Shown: positions 1 through 13,339, counted from the first letter of the whole stretch. The stretch is 63,914 nucleotides of DNA, filler included, from Octopus bimaculoides (GCF_001194135.2; 9 parts of 8 records of this genome joined end to end with filler, not necessarily neighbours in it), one strand, 5' to 3'. Translations and numbers: made by a program. Notes: generated from the sequence alone by a model not told the origin.

Positions 1-59
<59 letters not shown>

Positions 60-304
60 CACATGCACATACACAAATACATATGCATGAGTGCGTTTGC
101 AAGTGCGCACACATATCCACTCGCACATGCACACACAAACACACCCACGTATATGCACATGGATTCATTTACATGTTCTAAGCGAGTAAACTGGTCGCTC
201 AGTGCATATGTTTATTTACATACAGTCATAATGCTTCTATACGATATACCTACACACATGCATATAACTACATATAAATACACACACATACACACACACA
301 CACA

Positions 305-382
<78 letters not shown>
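1..382. repeat. compound (CA)n/(TA)n microsatellite
   Basis: Direct reading. It explains the HTHT/YIYI pseudo-ORFs. Confidence 0.95.
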
Positions 383-384
<2 letters not shown>

Positions 385-449
385 TATATAATTGATTGTA
401 ATCTATTTTACACTAGAGTGAACCCATGATCATTAGGAAGATGTATATA

Positions 450-496
<47 letters not shown>

Positions 497-681
497 TTAT
501 ATATGTATATGCAACACACCATAAATATGCTTGCATATGTCTGTTTAAAAATATTTCACTCACATAAACGAGCATACACACACACCACACATATATACAC
601 ACATGCATAATACATACACGCACATATGTATATACGTATTTATTTATATTCATTTCTCTTTCTCTCATTCTCTCTCTCTCA

Positions 682-736
<55 letters not shown>

Positions 737-741
737 CATAA

Positions 742-1153
742 TACTCTTTTACTCTTTTACTTGTTTCAGTCTTTTGACTGTGGCCATGCTGGAGCACCGC
801 CTTTAGTCGAGCAAATCGACCCCAGGACTTATTCTTTAGAAGCCTAATACTTATTCTATCGATCTCTTTGCCGAACCGCTAAGTTACGGGGACATAAACA
901 CACCATCATCGGTTGTCAAGCGATGTTGGGGGGAAAAATACACACATACAAACATATACACACACATACATATATATATACATATATACGACGGGCTTCT
1001 TTCAGTTTCCGTCTACCAAATCCACTCACACGGCTTTGGTCGGCCCGAGGCTATAGTAGAAGACACTTGCCCAAGATGCCACGCAGTGGGACTGAACCCG
1101 GGACCATGTGGTTGGTAAGCTAGCTACTTACCACACAGCCACTCCTACGCCTA
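742..1153 (-). mobile_element. tRNA-derived SINE family A, full length (head, body, internal CA/TA microsatellite, 3' tail ending GTAAAAGAGTA)
   Basis: Minus strand reads A box-like TGGCTGTGTGG and B box-like GGTTCAGTCC. More than 10 homologous copies occur in the window. Confidence 0.85.
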
Positions 1154-1186
1154 TAATATATATATATATATTATATATATATATAT

Positions 1187-1389
1187 TGTTTTATTCGTTT
1201 CAGTCAATTTGACTGCGGCCATGCTGGAGCACCGCCTTTAGTCGAACAAATCGACCCCAGGACTTATTCCTTGTAAGTCTAGTACTTATTCTATCGGTCT
1301 GTTTTGCCGAACCGCTAAGTTACGGGGACATAAACATACCAAAATCGGTTGTCAAGCGATGTTGGGGGGATAAACACAGACACACAAAC

Positions 1390-1449
<60 letters not shown>

Positions 1450-1545
1450 GACGGGCTTCTTTCAGTTTCCGTCTACCAAATCCACTCACAAGGCTTTGGT
1501 TGGCTCGAGGCTATAGTAGAAGACACTTGCCCACGGTGTCACGCA
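1187..1545 (-). mobile_element. SINE family A, 5'-truncated
   Basis: High identity to 742-1153, with the same internal microsatellite position. Confidence 0.85.
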
Positions 1546-2610
1546 TAAATAAATATATATATATATGTAAATCTTTGTTGATTCATCAAAAGAGCTAAAT
1601 TAGTGGACTCAGTACAAATGTAGAATATTTTTTAATGCGTTATTATTGATAGGCACCATTTTTCAGAACTCAGAGTTACTCGTTTCCCATCATCAGCCAA
1701 TTTTCTAGAGACTTTACAATCTCGGCGTTTTGAAAAATTCGGTATCGTTCGTCTGGAAGACATCAGATTTTATACAAAAGATAATTAAGACAAGTCTTGC
1801 AACTAAAGACATATGGTTTGTTAAAAGAAGTTTTACTATTGAAAAACAAGACAAAGAAAAAGACCTGAACACAAACAAGAACAAATACATAGTAGAGACA
1901 ATGGTATCATTCAACTTAAGGCAGAGACAAAAATAGAAAGTACCAGGGTAGGTAGAAAATATGGATTTTCATCTATTTATTGCTCCAGAGTAGAGAGAAA
2001 TATTGAATACTTGCGTTCAGTGAGACGCTCGCGAAACAAAAGGCTGAGAGAAAGTAGTGTGCGATATAAACAGGAGCATGCGGTATGATAGAAGAGAGAC
2101 AGAAAGGGGGAAAGATATAAAGTGAGAGAAAGCTTGTGAAAAAGAGCCTGAGGTGCAGAATACACTGAGAGAATGATAATATAAGCTACAGCGAGAGAAA
2201 ACAAATCAGTTACGATGAAAAATATGACTGAGTATACAAGAAATGGTTATTCAAAATAAGGATGAAGGACGTTTAGGATAACTAACAAAAAGAACAAAAA
2301 ATAGACATGAAAGACCCATTTCATAAGCCAACTTTCTCGACGATTTCGACACTTGGAAGAAGTGGATAGTGTTTGCCTGGAAAACGTTAGGTTTCACACA
2401 AAAGAAAACGAAAATACGTCATGTGACTAAAAGCACACAGGACTTGAAAAATGTCTTACGCACACATGCTCGTATATGTGCGGTGGGGGGCGCGTGTAGT
2501 ATAAATTTATAATTTATATATTATGTATATTGATACAAACTTGCTTACATACATACATGCATACATAGATACATGTGTGTGTCTGTTTATTATGATACAT
2601 ATTGCTATTT

Positions 2611-2678
<68 letters not shown>

Positions 2679-3109
2679 CATGCGTGTTTATGTGTGTGTA
2701 TGTACGTGTGCGTGTGTGAGCGTGCGTGTGTGAGCGCGCGTGCATGAATATACGCAGAACTTAACATATAATCCATGAATTCGTGTTTAGATAATTATTT
2801 CTGCTTGTATACTTGCATATATATAAATATTTACATTATAATAAATATGCACATAAACAAATTTTCATGAATTTATATTTAATATCTGTGTTGAACATAC
2901 GAAGCTAATCTGTGATATACCATATACGATTTAGGGTCTTTATTACCTTTTTTCTGTCTTTGTAGCGCTTGGTGTCTTTATTTCTCTTTCTCTTTTTTTA
3001 CCTCTCTTCCTATACCTCCCTTTGTTTGTTTGTTTCTCATTTTACATATATACACGCATATGTGCACAGGCAGATACGCATACACACAACAAACTCTTCA
3101 ACACATGTA

Positions 3110-3325
3110 TTCTTTTTATTTTTTTTTACTTGTTCAAGTCATTTGACTGCGGCCATGCTGGAGCACCACCTCGAAGAGTTTTTTTGTCGAGCAAATTGAC
3201 CCCAGGACATATTTTTCTGTAAGCCTATTATTCTGTCGGTCTCTTTCGCCGAACCGCTAAGGCACGGGAACGTAGACACGTCAACACTGGTTGTCAAGCA
3301 GTGATGGGGAGACAAACATGGACAC
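3110..3325 (-). mobile_element. SINE family A 3' half
   Basis: Contains catttgactgcggccatgctggagcacc...gccgaaccgctaa...ggttgtcaagc. Confidence 0.8.
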
Positions 3326-3409
3326 TAAGACACACACACACACTCACACACGAGTGCGCGCGCACGCACACACACATACATTCATATCTGAATGTGCATG
3401 TGTGTATGT

Positions 3410-3491
<82 letters not shown>

Positions 3492-4114
3492 CTGACCACC
3501 ATTTGTATACCCACCAGTACACGGCCAAATACTGCAACACCAGCCCACCGTCAAATACTCTATAATTTGTATCAATGCTCCAGACCCTGCCTCACCACCA
3601 ACCTACCAATATAATATTGTACATCTTTTGTAATCTATTTTATATTAGTCTCCAAATGTTTTAAATTCAACCCTTATGATGTTAATGTTTTAATGTAGCA
3701 GGATGGGTTGAACGCTGGATAAAATTCTTTACGACATTTAGTTCCTTTATGTCATGAGTTTAAATCTTGTAATCGTAGCCTTTCTTCTCTCTGGAGTCGT
3801 GTTAAAATGGCGACGGTGGTGCGTTTTACCTTCTTCGAACCAACGAACCGCTGAAATCGCGCAATGTTTTGTTGCACGTAGCGAAGCACTCCATTCATTC
3901 GCCATTGACTTTCGTTATCAATCACGCATTCGTCATTGTCACTATTATCTCTCGTTCGTATTTAACTTAAAATACAGAGATCGGTTTGTAATTATGGGTG
4001 TTCATAAGCCGAGCTTTCATAAACATGGAACTATGTGTTCCAGTCAATTACTGAGGTCGGCTTAATCGCCTTCTGTCAGAATTAGAAAGAATTATTATAA
4101 TCCGTTTCCGATAA

Positions 4115-4250
4115 GGTGTTGGATTGGCAAAATCGGTAAAGCGTCAGACCAATGGCAATGCAGCATTTGTTCTGGCTCTTTACGTTCTGAATTCAAATTC
4201 TGCAGAAGTCAACTTTTTCTTTCATCCTTTCGTAGTCAATAAAATATGAA
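4115..4250 (+). mobile_element. SINE family B, degenerate
   Basis: ttctgaattcaaattctgcagaagtcaacttt...tttcatcctttcg matches 11990-12050. Confidence 0.65.
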
Positions 4251-6710
4251 TATTTTAACATAAAGTATATGCAATTTTAACCAAGTTTAAGAAAGTTAAT
4301 GCAGATTAAAAATTGAAAAAATCGATATTTCTAATGCGCGGCGAGGTTACAGAATTATATAGTCAAGGCTTGTTTGAGCTCAACCCAACATTTTGTTGGG
4401 TCAAGCACGTTTATTGCTTGACCAATATAGCACTAGTTTCAGTAACTCCCCATCCAAATTCCTGGCCTTGTACCTGTGTTTAGAGACGTCTATTATCTGT
4501 TTTCAGCAGTTTCATGCAAGTTTCTAATGCACAGTTAAAACGTTTCTGTGTTCTTGAGGTACAGTATTGTGCCACATTTTCTGCGATGCGTGTAAGAACG
4601 TATTTCTAAGTTAACATCTTTGCTTCGTCTAAGGACTTGTTTTGTTGTTTCTGGTGTTTATTGTTTCGCCTATTGTTACATATATAGTATGTTATGCGAT
4701 TTGTGTTATTTCATTAATGCTGTGATTGCCCCGGGTACGTGCTGTGTCGGTTGCGTTATAGCACTGAATGACAACTGCCTAGAATATGTTTGTTAATGTT
4801 TATTATGTTATTGTATTGTGCGGCAATAAAATTTTTATTGGGTGTTGGTTGTCTTGGCTACGTGCTATGTTCGTTGTGCCGGTTATTGTGCAGAATATGT
4901 GCAATGTCTCTTGTGTTACTGGGTGGTCACTATGTAGAATATGTGTGGTAAGAGTTGTACTGTAAGTGTATTGTGCATAAGCACTGAATGTAGACTGTAT
5001 CAAGAAGGCTTAAATTTTTTAAGCATGTATATTGTCATTGTTACTGTTGTTGTTACTGTTTAACATCAGAACTACCCAAGTTAAGTAAAGTTATGATCAA
5101 ACGCTTTCACTCATTTTCAAAGCCAACTGTATCTTGATCAACATTATCGTGTCCCCTTTCTTTTTGCAAATCAGTAGCAGAAATTTTATGAAGATTTGCT
5201 TTCTATTTGTAGCGGGTCGAGCGACCGCACGAAGACTGGATTTAATATTAGTCTGTCTCTTTTGTAGTTACATTTTTCTAATTCCTTCTTTATTTCTGTG
5301 TTGCATCCTATCAGTTTCATCTACTTCCTATACTGGTCGCTCCATCTGCTAGGAATAGTATGCATCAATGAATTTGTGTTTAAAATCACACCCTAACTTC
5401 TTAAAAACAGGAGATGGCTTAGGCTAGAACGCCTTGAATCTAGGTCTGCTCGATCAAGGCTGAGTTGGCTCTAAACAACAACAAAAATGCTCAAGTATTT
5501 CCATGAGTACTACTCGTTTAATTTTTCGATTTTAGTGTCTGGATCTGATCAAACTTTCTCAGTTTCAATTAATTTGCTTCTTCTTAGAGTAGTTTCAACA
5601 CTTTTGTCACGTCCTACTCTCATTTTGATAACCCCAATAAATTCGTGGGCATGTTTATGCACGTTCTCTAGTTGGGCGTTATCCCATGTAAATAGCTAAA
5701 AAGCATCTCTGAGGAGGAGATGGTTCATAATATGTCCTAACATCTATAACTGTCGATGGTTGGTTCATTTAGCACATTTGTTAATAGAACCAAAGCAAGG
5801 CAGAAGTATTGAGGGGATTAATATATCTCCCTATAAGTTTAGGGCTGGTTTTTATAACCATTTATTTGCTTTACACTGACTTATATATTTTCCATTTTGA
5901 CGTTACATGGTTTTAGCGTTGGGATTGCTTTACTTTATATGCATTATCTCCAATATCCCAAAGCACGATATACTATGAAATGCTTTTCGCTGCTATTTTC
6001 AATATAAATACCAACTCGTTTCGGATCTAAATCCCACCGAGGTTGAATTTACCTTTCATCTCTTCATTTTTTATTAATTACTACCAGTTCTCGACACTAG
6101 AAAGTTGTGAGGGAAAAGGCTGCACCGAGAATCTCCTTTCGGTTCTCATCTTTCTCTTAACTTTAGTCATTAAGGCGCCCAGGAAACAGAGTTCTTATTT
6201 AACCCCAACTCTGATGGAGAAAACTTATGATCAAAGCTAGTCCAGCCGAAGCCATCCGGCTTTTGGCGGTATGAAAGAATACATAGTATATTGTATCCTT
6301 GCCTTTTTTTTTTTTTAAGACGCCAGTGTGTGATCTGATACTATTTCTATCAGGTCAAGTGACTACATTGGTTTGAGTAGGAAGTGTTACAAAATGGATT
6401 TTTACTATTTTTAATCTTTTAGTGGGAGATGAAAGAGTGGCGCCCCTCTGGTAGAAAGGACAGCAGGTATATATTCTTGGACCGGAAGACTAATCCGAAT
6501 GCTTGCAACAGCTCCACTAAAGATATCCAAATGCAAGATGGGGAGTTAAGCCGGATTGCGGGTTAAATCTACCAGCCAAGAACAAGATCAAGCTGTCTAA
6601 TGGCCTTCCACAAGGCTTTGGCTGATCTAAAGCTGCGCTAGAAGATATTTGCCCTAGGTGTCCTACAGTGGGATTTAGAAGATCCTCGGAAGTAATAATT
6701 ACTCAACAAG

Positions 6711-6762
<52 letters not shown>

Positions 6763-7049
6763 GTGTGTGTATGTGTGTGTNNNNNNNNNNNNNNNNNNNN
6801 NNNNNNNNNNNNNNNNNNNNNNNNNNNNNNNNNNNNNNNNNNNNNNNNNNNNNNNNNNNNNNNNNNNNNNNNNNNNNNNNNNNNNNNNNNNNNNNNNNNN
6901 NNNNNNNNNNNNNNNNNNNNNNNNNNNNNNNNNNNNNNNNNNNNNNNNNNNNNNNNNNNNNNNNNNNNNNNNNNNNNNNNNNNNNNNNNNNNNNNNNNNN
7001 NNNNNNNNNNNNNNNNNTATATATATATGTATATATATATATATATATA

Positions 7050-7585
7050 CAGGGTGGGGTAGAGAGGACGGATGTTTTTGAAATAGCTATTACTCAGCCC
7101 CAGGGAGATGGACATATTTCCAATAGGTACCATTCGGTCCGTGGTTGTCTTAGCATTTTATTCTCTTTAGGTGAAGCCATGGCACTGTGGACGATGGAGC
7201 ATTGCGTGTTTGCCTACGACAATTCTGTGAAGAATAACAAGTCTGTCACAGCAGTTGAGCGTGAGTTTCGGCGCTACTTCAACATTCACCGAAATCAGGC
7301 TATTCCCACCTGTAACACAATCTTTCGTTGGGTGAATGCTCTTCGTACACGAGGTACACTAATGAATAGGAGACCAGTGGGGGTGCCACGAATGGTACGG
7401 ACCCCGGAAAATGTAGAACGCGTCAGACAAGCTTTCATATGGAGTCCGAATCGTTCTGCTTGGAAGCATTCCACTGAACTTGGCATCGGTAATTGATCGG
7501 TAAGGTGTATTTTGCATGAAGATCTGCATTTCCACCCGTACAAATTGGTCATTGGGCAACAGTTAAAACCATGGGATTATGTACA
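7050..7585 (+). mobile_element. Tc1/mariner (DUF4817-type HTH) transposon 5' end with pseudogenised transposase
   Basis: TA|CAGGGTG terminus. ATG 7179 gives MALWTMEHCVFAYD...VEREFRRYF...PTCNTIFRWVNALRTRG...VRTPENVERVRQAF..SPNRS. After an in-frame stop at 7494-7496 it continues SVRCILHEDLHFHPYKL. Confidence 0.85.
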
Positions 7586-7689
7586 TTCATTTGAAGGCCA
7601 GCTGTATTTTCAGTCCTTCATCGTATAATTAATATCAGATAAACTCCATTCGAACCAAAATACCCAAGTGACACATCACTAACGGACAC

Positions 7690-7990
7690 ATTATAGCATG
7701 TGGCTCACAGGCTTGTCTCCTCATTCTGTATTTTCTGTCGCTACTATTAAGGCTTCTTCTCGAGTTGCTGAGTCTCCTACCTCCGCCACTCAGATTTCCT
7801 CAAATCACACGTTTCTCCACATCACCGTAACCTTGGTGCGCCCAACCCTTCTTTTCCCACATGAAACACAATGTCCAGTCCCTAATCTCCATAACATTGA
7901 CTCTCTGGACTCCTCCCAGCACCGCTTATGTCTTTCCTTCGGCTTAAACGGAGCATTAACGGCATCGATGTTACTACTCTCAGAGAGTCT
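7690..7990 (-). mobile_element. RTE-like LINE 3' fragment, decayed
   Basis: Minus-strand translation LWRLGTGHCV...GKRRVGRTKVT..WRNV resembles the RTE ORF C-terminus (RW.GHV..G.R..GRP...W). Confidence 0.5.
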
Positions 7991-8749
7991 GCAAGGGACA
8001 TGGGCTCCTCTCGTTTCAAGTAAAAACAATTCTATTAGTTCAAACCAAATTATATGCAGGGAAGTGACAATCATCAATGAGATTTATATAAAACAAAGAT
8101 GTCATATGTATTACAGATAAAATAAACTTGAACCCAGTAACAATTTTGGCGGTTTCTCGACAGTTCTAACATGCAAAAACTCTCTAGCTACAAAACCTAA
8201 AATGACTTTTTAAAATTTCCTTGAAAATGGCAAGCTTTTCCAAAAGATGCCTGGAAGCATTTTATATCCTAGCCATTAAGACGGGAGCCTAAATGAACAA
8301 GATATACAGGGTAGGCTAAAAATTAGACTTCGTATCTATTAGTAAGGACTTGATATAAATTTTAGAAAGGAACTGTTTGTGTTATCATAAACAAAAATTA
8401 CTTGTTAAGTGATACTCAGAACAGTTCCCGTTCACGGTGAGAGCTGCCTTATACAAATACAGCAGCATTACCACAGGATATTGAAAGAACTACTAAACTC
8501 ATCAAATATTGATGTGGTTATATACGGACTTTGCAAATGATTACACAAAATATGTAATCCCGACATTACTAGGAAAATGAGAGGAGTAGTTTTTAAGGGA
8601 AATAAGCCAGTTTGTTCGAGACAATGATACACTTTCAAAGAAATCAACAACTTCTGAGTGAATGTTTTTGTGAACTATCTTGGAACTACCTCTGTAAGAA
8701 CTCTCATATTCAATACATTTTGAGTGGTGTTCGTAGCTGACGAGGTGAA

Positions 8750-9215
8750 AACGACACAGATACGCATGAATCCTACGATCCAATGACGTCATTCACAGCC
8801 CATCTTCTGTTCTTACACGTGTCTAATAGCATAATTTTTTTCTTGGGACTTGCCCCGCGACCTCAGGTTTTCTCACGTTCGAGTGCACTTATCGAGTGTG
8901 ACCTTACACGAGTATGTTTCATTCAATGCTGCTCCGTGCGACATTGTTTATTTAATAGTAGCTTGACCAAGCTTTGCGCACATTAGCATACGTTCCGTAC
9001 ACTGCTTTAATAAGAATAATTTCATTCTTAGCCACCTATAAGTGACAGATTTAGTGTTCATGGTTCACAAAATGAACCAACACAGAAACGCATGTGTCCT
9101 ATGATGCAATGACGTCATTCACAGCTCATCTTGTATTTTCACACTTGTGTAAGACGTGAATTTTCTCCCGGGACAATTTCGGCAGCTGAAGTTCTTCTCA
9201 CGTCCGAGTGCATTC
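8750..9215 (+). repeat. diverged direct repeat (~150 bp at 8750-8905 and 9075-9215), each copy with TGACGTCA
   Basis: acacaga.acgcatg..tccta.gat.caatgacgtcattcacagc.catctt is shared, as is the downstream ttctcacgt.cgagtgca. Confidence 0.75.
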
Positions 9216-9244
9216 GAACATTTTGAATATGCTCTTTACATGAT

Positions 9245-9279
<35 letters not shown>

Positions 9280-9423
9280 NNNNNNNNNNNNNNNNNNNNN
9301 NNNNNNNNNNNNNNNNNNNNNNNTTAATTAATTAANNNNNNNNNNNNNNNNNNNNNNNNNNNNNNNNNNNNNNNNNNNNTATATATATATATTTACATAC
9401 ATACACATATATATATATTTATA

Positions 9424-9455
<32 letters not shown>

Positions 9456-9960
9456 CGGTGAGTGATGGCGATGGAAACCGAGACAAACAAAGGCAGTAAG
9501 ACAGAGAGAAGTCTAATAAGTTGATATACAGATAGAAATTCCCAACGTGATAGCTGGGCAGTCAATAAACTATATTCATAGGTGTCTATCACGCATTGTT
9601 AGCTGACTCACAATCACAGTTTTAGAGAAAATGGAGACTGATTGATTCCCTAATTAATGGCATCACGTGGCGGAGCCTTATGGTCCATATATTACGAAAT
9701 AACGCAGATATACGCATACATACACGAGCATGTGCACACTCACACATATACACACGCGTGTATGTGTTTGTGTGTGTGTCTGTGTGTGTGCGTGTGTGTC
9801 TGTATGTATGTATGCATGTATGCATTTAACATGTATCAATATATATAAATATACATACGTTCAATTATGCATACACATGTGTGTGTGTATATATACGATG
9901 TATACGTGCGTGCGTGTATATATATATATATTAGTGTGTGTGTTTGTGTATGTATATTAT

Positions 9961-10141
9961 ATACTCTTTTACTCTTTTACTTGTTTCAGTCATTTGATTG
10001 TGACCATGATGGAGCACCGCCTTTAGTCGAGCAAATCGACCTCAGGACTTATTCTTTGTAAGCCTAGTACTTATTCTATCGTCTCTTTTCCAGAACCGCC
10101 AAGTTAAGGGGGCGCAAACTCACCAGCATCGGTTGTCAAGT
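9961..10141 (-). mobile_element. SINE family A 3' half
   Basis: Matches 742-920. Confidence 0.85.
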
Positions 10142-10329
10142 GATATCGTGTACGTCTGCTCATCTAATTGAGAAGAAACTGCAAATTTCAGTTTGACAAC
10201 GATGATGTCGATTGTAAAACTTTTGGACGCTGACAACATTTACGGTTCGTTTGCTTATTTATTTTTATTAAAAATGTTAAATCAGTATTGTAAAGTGCAT
10301 AATAGTAACAGCTTCTTTAATGTCTGCAA

Positions 10330-11060
10330 CTGATAAAAGGAAAAGAAATGCCGGCAAAAGTTCATTGTGCATTGAAAAACGGTTAGATATTTTTCCATTG
10401 AAGAAAATTGGCAACTTTGTGTCTTAGAAAAAAAAAATGCTTGCAATTTATAAAAAGTAGTGATGAACGTTAGTATTTGTCCGTGCATAAAGAATATGAA
10501 AACTAAAATGGATTCTGCCTTTAGACAAACTAACATTTAAAAAAAATATCTTTATACGAACAGCAATCTTATTTCAAAATACATTAGCGTAACTACTTCC
10601 CTGAGTCAAGCAAGTTATGAAATGTACGAGCTAAAAATAAAACGACACCACACATTGAAAGTAATTTTATAAAGAGTGTGTAGTTGATGTTGTACGAATT
10701 CTAACTCTTGAGAAGCTCAAATTGTATGAGAACATTAGTTTTAAATGTATTAAATTCATGGCGAAACATTTGAGTATGCACGAGTCAAGTAGCATCAAAC
10801 TTTATATTTTATTCAGTAACTTTGGATTCAATGCTGCTACTGTTCATATCGTGGTTGATTAAACACTAGATGTTACATTTAACAGCGAAAGAAGAGAAGA
10901 GAGAATCGATAGCGGAATATCTTACAAACTGTTTCTACCATTTGGATCAATTTCAAAACATATTTTACTGTATTTCCAAAACCATGAGGCTCGACAAAGA
11001 TTATGCAGAACTACTTTTGACCGAATGCCAGAAAAAGCCCCTAATTCTAGCAACTTGGAT
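10330..11060 (+). pseudogene. hAT (SPIN/GTF2IRD2-like) transposase relic
   Basis: Frameshifted segments: (Y)LSVHKEYE (BED-finger end), KECVVDVVRILTLEKLKLYENISF (10671-10742, cf. KEC....E..CPEK..LF..ISLS), and LDKDYAELLLTE (cf. YGDLLY.TEVRW). Confidence 0.6.
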
Positions 11061-11206
11061 TAATTCCTTATTCTTTTACAATGCGATAATATTTTGATAT
11101 CCAAATTTAATAGTTTAACGGGATGGGTATTTTATAACTCCTATGGAAGACATTCATTTTGAAAAGATTGGTGCTAAAAATTACATTACAGTTTTTATCC
11201 CTTGAA

Positions 11207-11600
11207 GCAGGTATGGCCGTGTGGTAAGGAAGCTAAGATTTCAACTATGCCGTCTCGAGTTCAGTCCCACTATATGGAATCTTGCGCAAGTGTCTTCCAC
11301 TATAGCTCCAGACCGAAAAATGCTTTATGAGTAAATATGTTAGGCGGAAACTGTGCGGAAGCCCCTCGTATATGTGTGTGTACGTGTGTGTCTTCATATT
11401 TGTTCACCACCACCGCTTCACAACCGATGTTGTTCTGTTTACGTCCTCGTAAATTATCAATTCGGTAAAAGTGAGCGATAGTAAACTAATCGACTTGACC
11501 CCTCCCCCAAAAATAAGTTTTGGGGTCAATTTATCACACGAAACCTTTCAAGCCGATGTTCCAGCATGGCCGCAGCCCAATGACAAAAAGAAGTAAAAAA
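11207..11600 (+). mobile_element. SINE family A, old diverged full-length copy
   Basis: gcaggtatggccgtgtggtaag...gagttcagtcccact...caagtgtcttc...ccagcatggccgcag. Confidence 0.75.
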
Positions 11601-11924
11601 AGATTAGAAAAGAAGATAAAAATCTAAGGGAACACTTTCTTTATACAAACATTTTTAAAACCAGTTTTGGAGAATTCTTGGCTTCGAAATTATCTCCCCT
11701 TCTCAGGGGGAACTGGTCTTAATTGCTATTTAGCAATTATGATACATCTTCAAGAGTCGGAGATACATTAAATAAATCAAGAATTTATGTTGTGTGGTAT
11801 TTGATATACCTGTATTTATATGTGATTCAGACACTTCCCACTGGCCAATTTGAGATCTCTTAGTTCATTTTTGTCTGAAAATCTTGCATGCTAGATTTTA
11901 TGATATTAATAATTATATTACAAA

Positions 11925-12370
11925 CCAAGGCGGGGAAGTGGCAGAATGGTCAGCACGCCGGGCAAAATTCTCAACGGCATTTCGTCTGTCTTTACGTTCT
12001 GAGTTCAAATTCCGCCGAGATCGACTTTGACTTTTATCCTTTCAGGGTCGATAAAGTAAGTACCAGTTGCGTGCTGGGTCGATCTAATCAACTGGCCCCA
12101 CTTCCCCAAAATTTCAGGCCTAGTGCCTCGAGTAGAAAAGAATATTAAAAAGAAGGCAGCGAGCTGGCAGAAACGTTAGCACGCCAGGCTAAATACTTGG
12201 TGGTATTTCGTCTGTCTTTACGCTCCGAGTTCAAATTCCGCCGAGATCACCTTTGCCTTTCATCCTCTCGTGATCGATAAAACAATGACCAATTAAATAC
12301 TGAGATCGATATAATCGACTTAACTCCTCCCACAAAGTTGCTGACGTGAGCCAAAATTTGAAATCAATGA
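11925..12370 (+). mobile_element. two head-to-tail SINE family B copies (Deu/Nin-like central motif)
   Basis: Each copy has ggc.ag.tggcagaa..g.tagcacgcc, gagttcaaattccgccgag, tttgcctttcatcct..cg.g.tcgataaa, and a tail ending caaaattt. Confidence 0.8.
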
Positions 12371-12904
12371 TTATATTACAAATCAACAAAGAATCACTGC
12401 TTCCAAAAGCAAAGATAACCAACCATCTGATTAATTTGCGAAGTAAAAGGTTTCAGACACATTATACTTAGTGGCGTCTTTGGTTGTCCGGTAATTAAAG
12501 TATGATAACTATCCGGTTAATTAATGTATTGTGACATTTTAATTAGTTATTCAGTGTGGTCGTGTGCATATTTATGAATTTGTAAAATTAAAGACTCTTG
12601 TAAAATTAAAGACCCTCGTTGGTTCAAATGCACTTAGACATAATAATAATAATAATAATAATAAGGTTCCCCTCACCCCCGACCTAGAACTTAATAATGT
12701 AATAATCAACGTTATTTATATATGCATAGAAGTGTATAAAATTCGGTATCTATGCATTTCTGATCAGAAACTAAATAATTATTTCAATTTTGAAGAAAAA
12801 CAAATTTAGGTTCGTAAACGAAATTCTTAATCATTTTTTTTTTTTTATCAATAACGTATTTTGGACATTTTAGATAACCAAAACAAACAACTTTGTTAAC
12901 CAAT

Positions 12905-13135
12905 CGGTTACGACGGCAAGGATTCCTGTGATTCGATCGTGAAGTGAACATGTGAGTGATTGCGCACTCCAGGGACATGCGTACCCTTAACGTAGCTCTC
13001 AGGGAGATTCAGGGTGTAAACGGATGTGATAAGGCTGACCCCTTTGAAAAACATGCACAACTCATTTTTGTCAGTTGAGTGGACTGGAGCAACGTGAAAT
13101 AAAGTGTCTTGATCAAGGACATAACGCCACTGCCG
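12905..13135 (-). mobile_element. SINE family D fragment (CORE-like body with a family C-type 3' tail)
   Basis: Body ggagcaacgtgaaataaagtgtcttg is shared with 51290-51330. Tail gtacccttaacgtag.tctc...gacaaggctgaccctttgaa is shared with family C. Confidence 0.65.
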
Positions 13136-13339
13136 GGTATATATATACTCTTTTACTCTTTTACTTGTTTCAGTCATTTGACTGCGGCCATAAAGAATAA
13201 ACCATTTTTTAAAACAAATTGCTCCAGTCTCAGACTGCTGCCATACTGGAGTAGCGCTTTGATGAATTTTTTGACGAGCGAATCGACACCAGAGCTTTTC
13301 TGCTAAGTCAGGTACATATATATATATATATATATATAT

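Noticed and set aside
63-395. ORFs rich in HT/YI/CV/LS/ER and X (most of the ORF track, including 56552-57627)
   Set aside because: These are translations of microsatellites or N gaps.
1670-1705. Minus-strand CTGATGA-TGG-GAAA
   Set aside because: No stem II pairing and no stem I partner.
8730-8760. CTGACGA-GGT-GAAA
   Set aside because: No stem II and no NUH with paired stem III or stem I.
9324-9335. TTAATTAATTAA inside N runs (also about 17764, 29470, 39175, 56479, 57620, 59999 and 62766)
   Set aside because: An identical 12-mer centred in gaps, with stops in all six frames. It is an assembly spacer, not biology.
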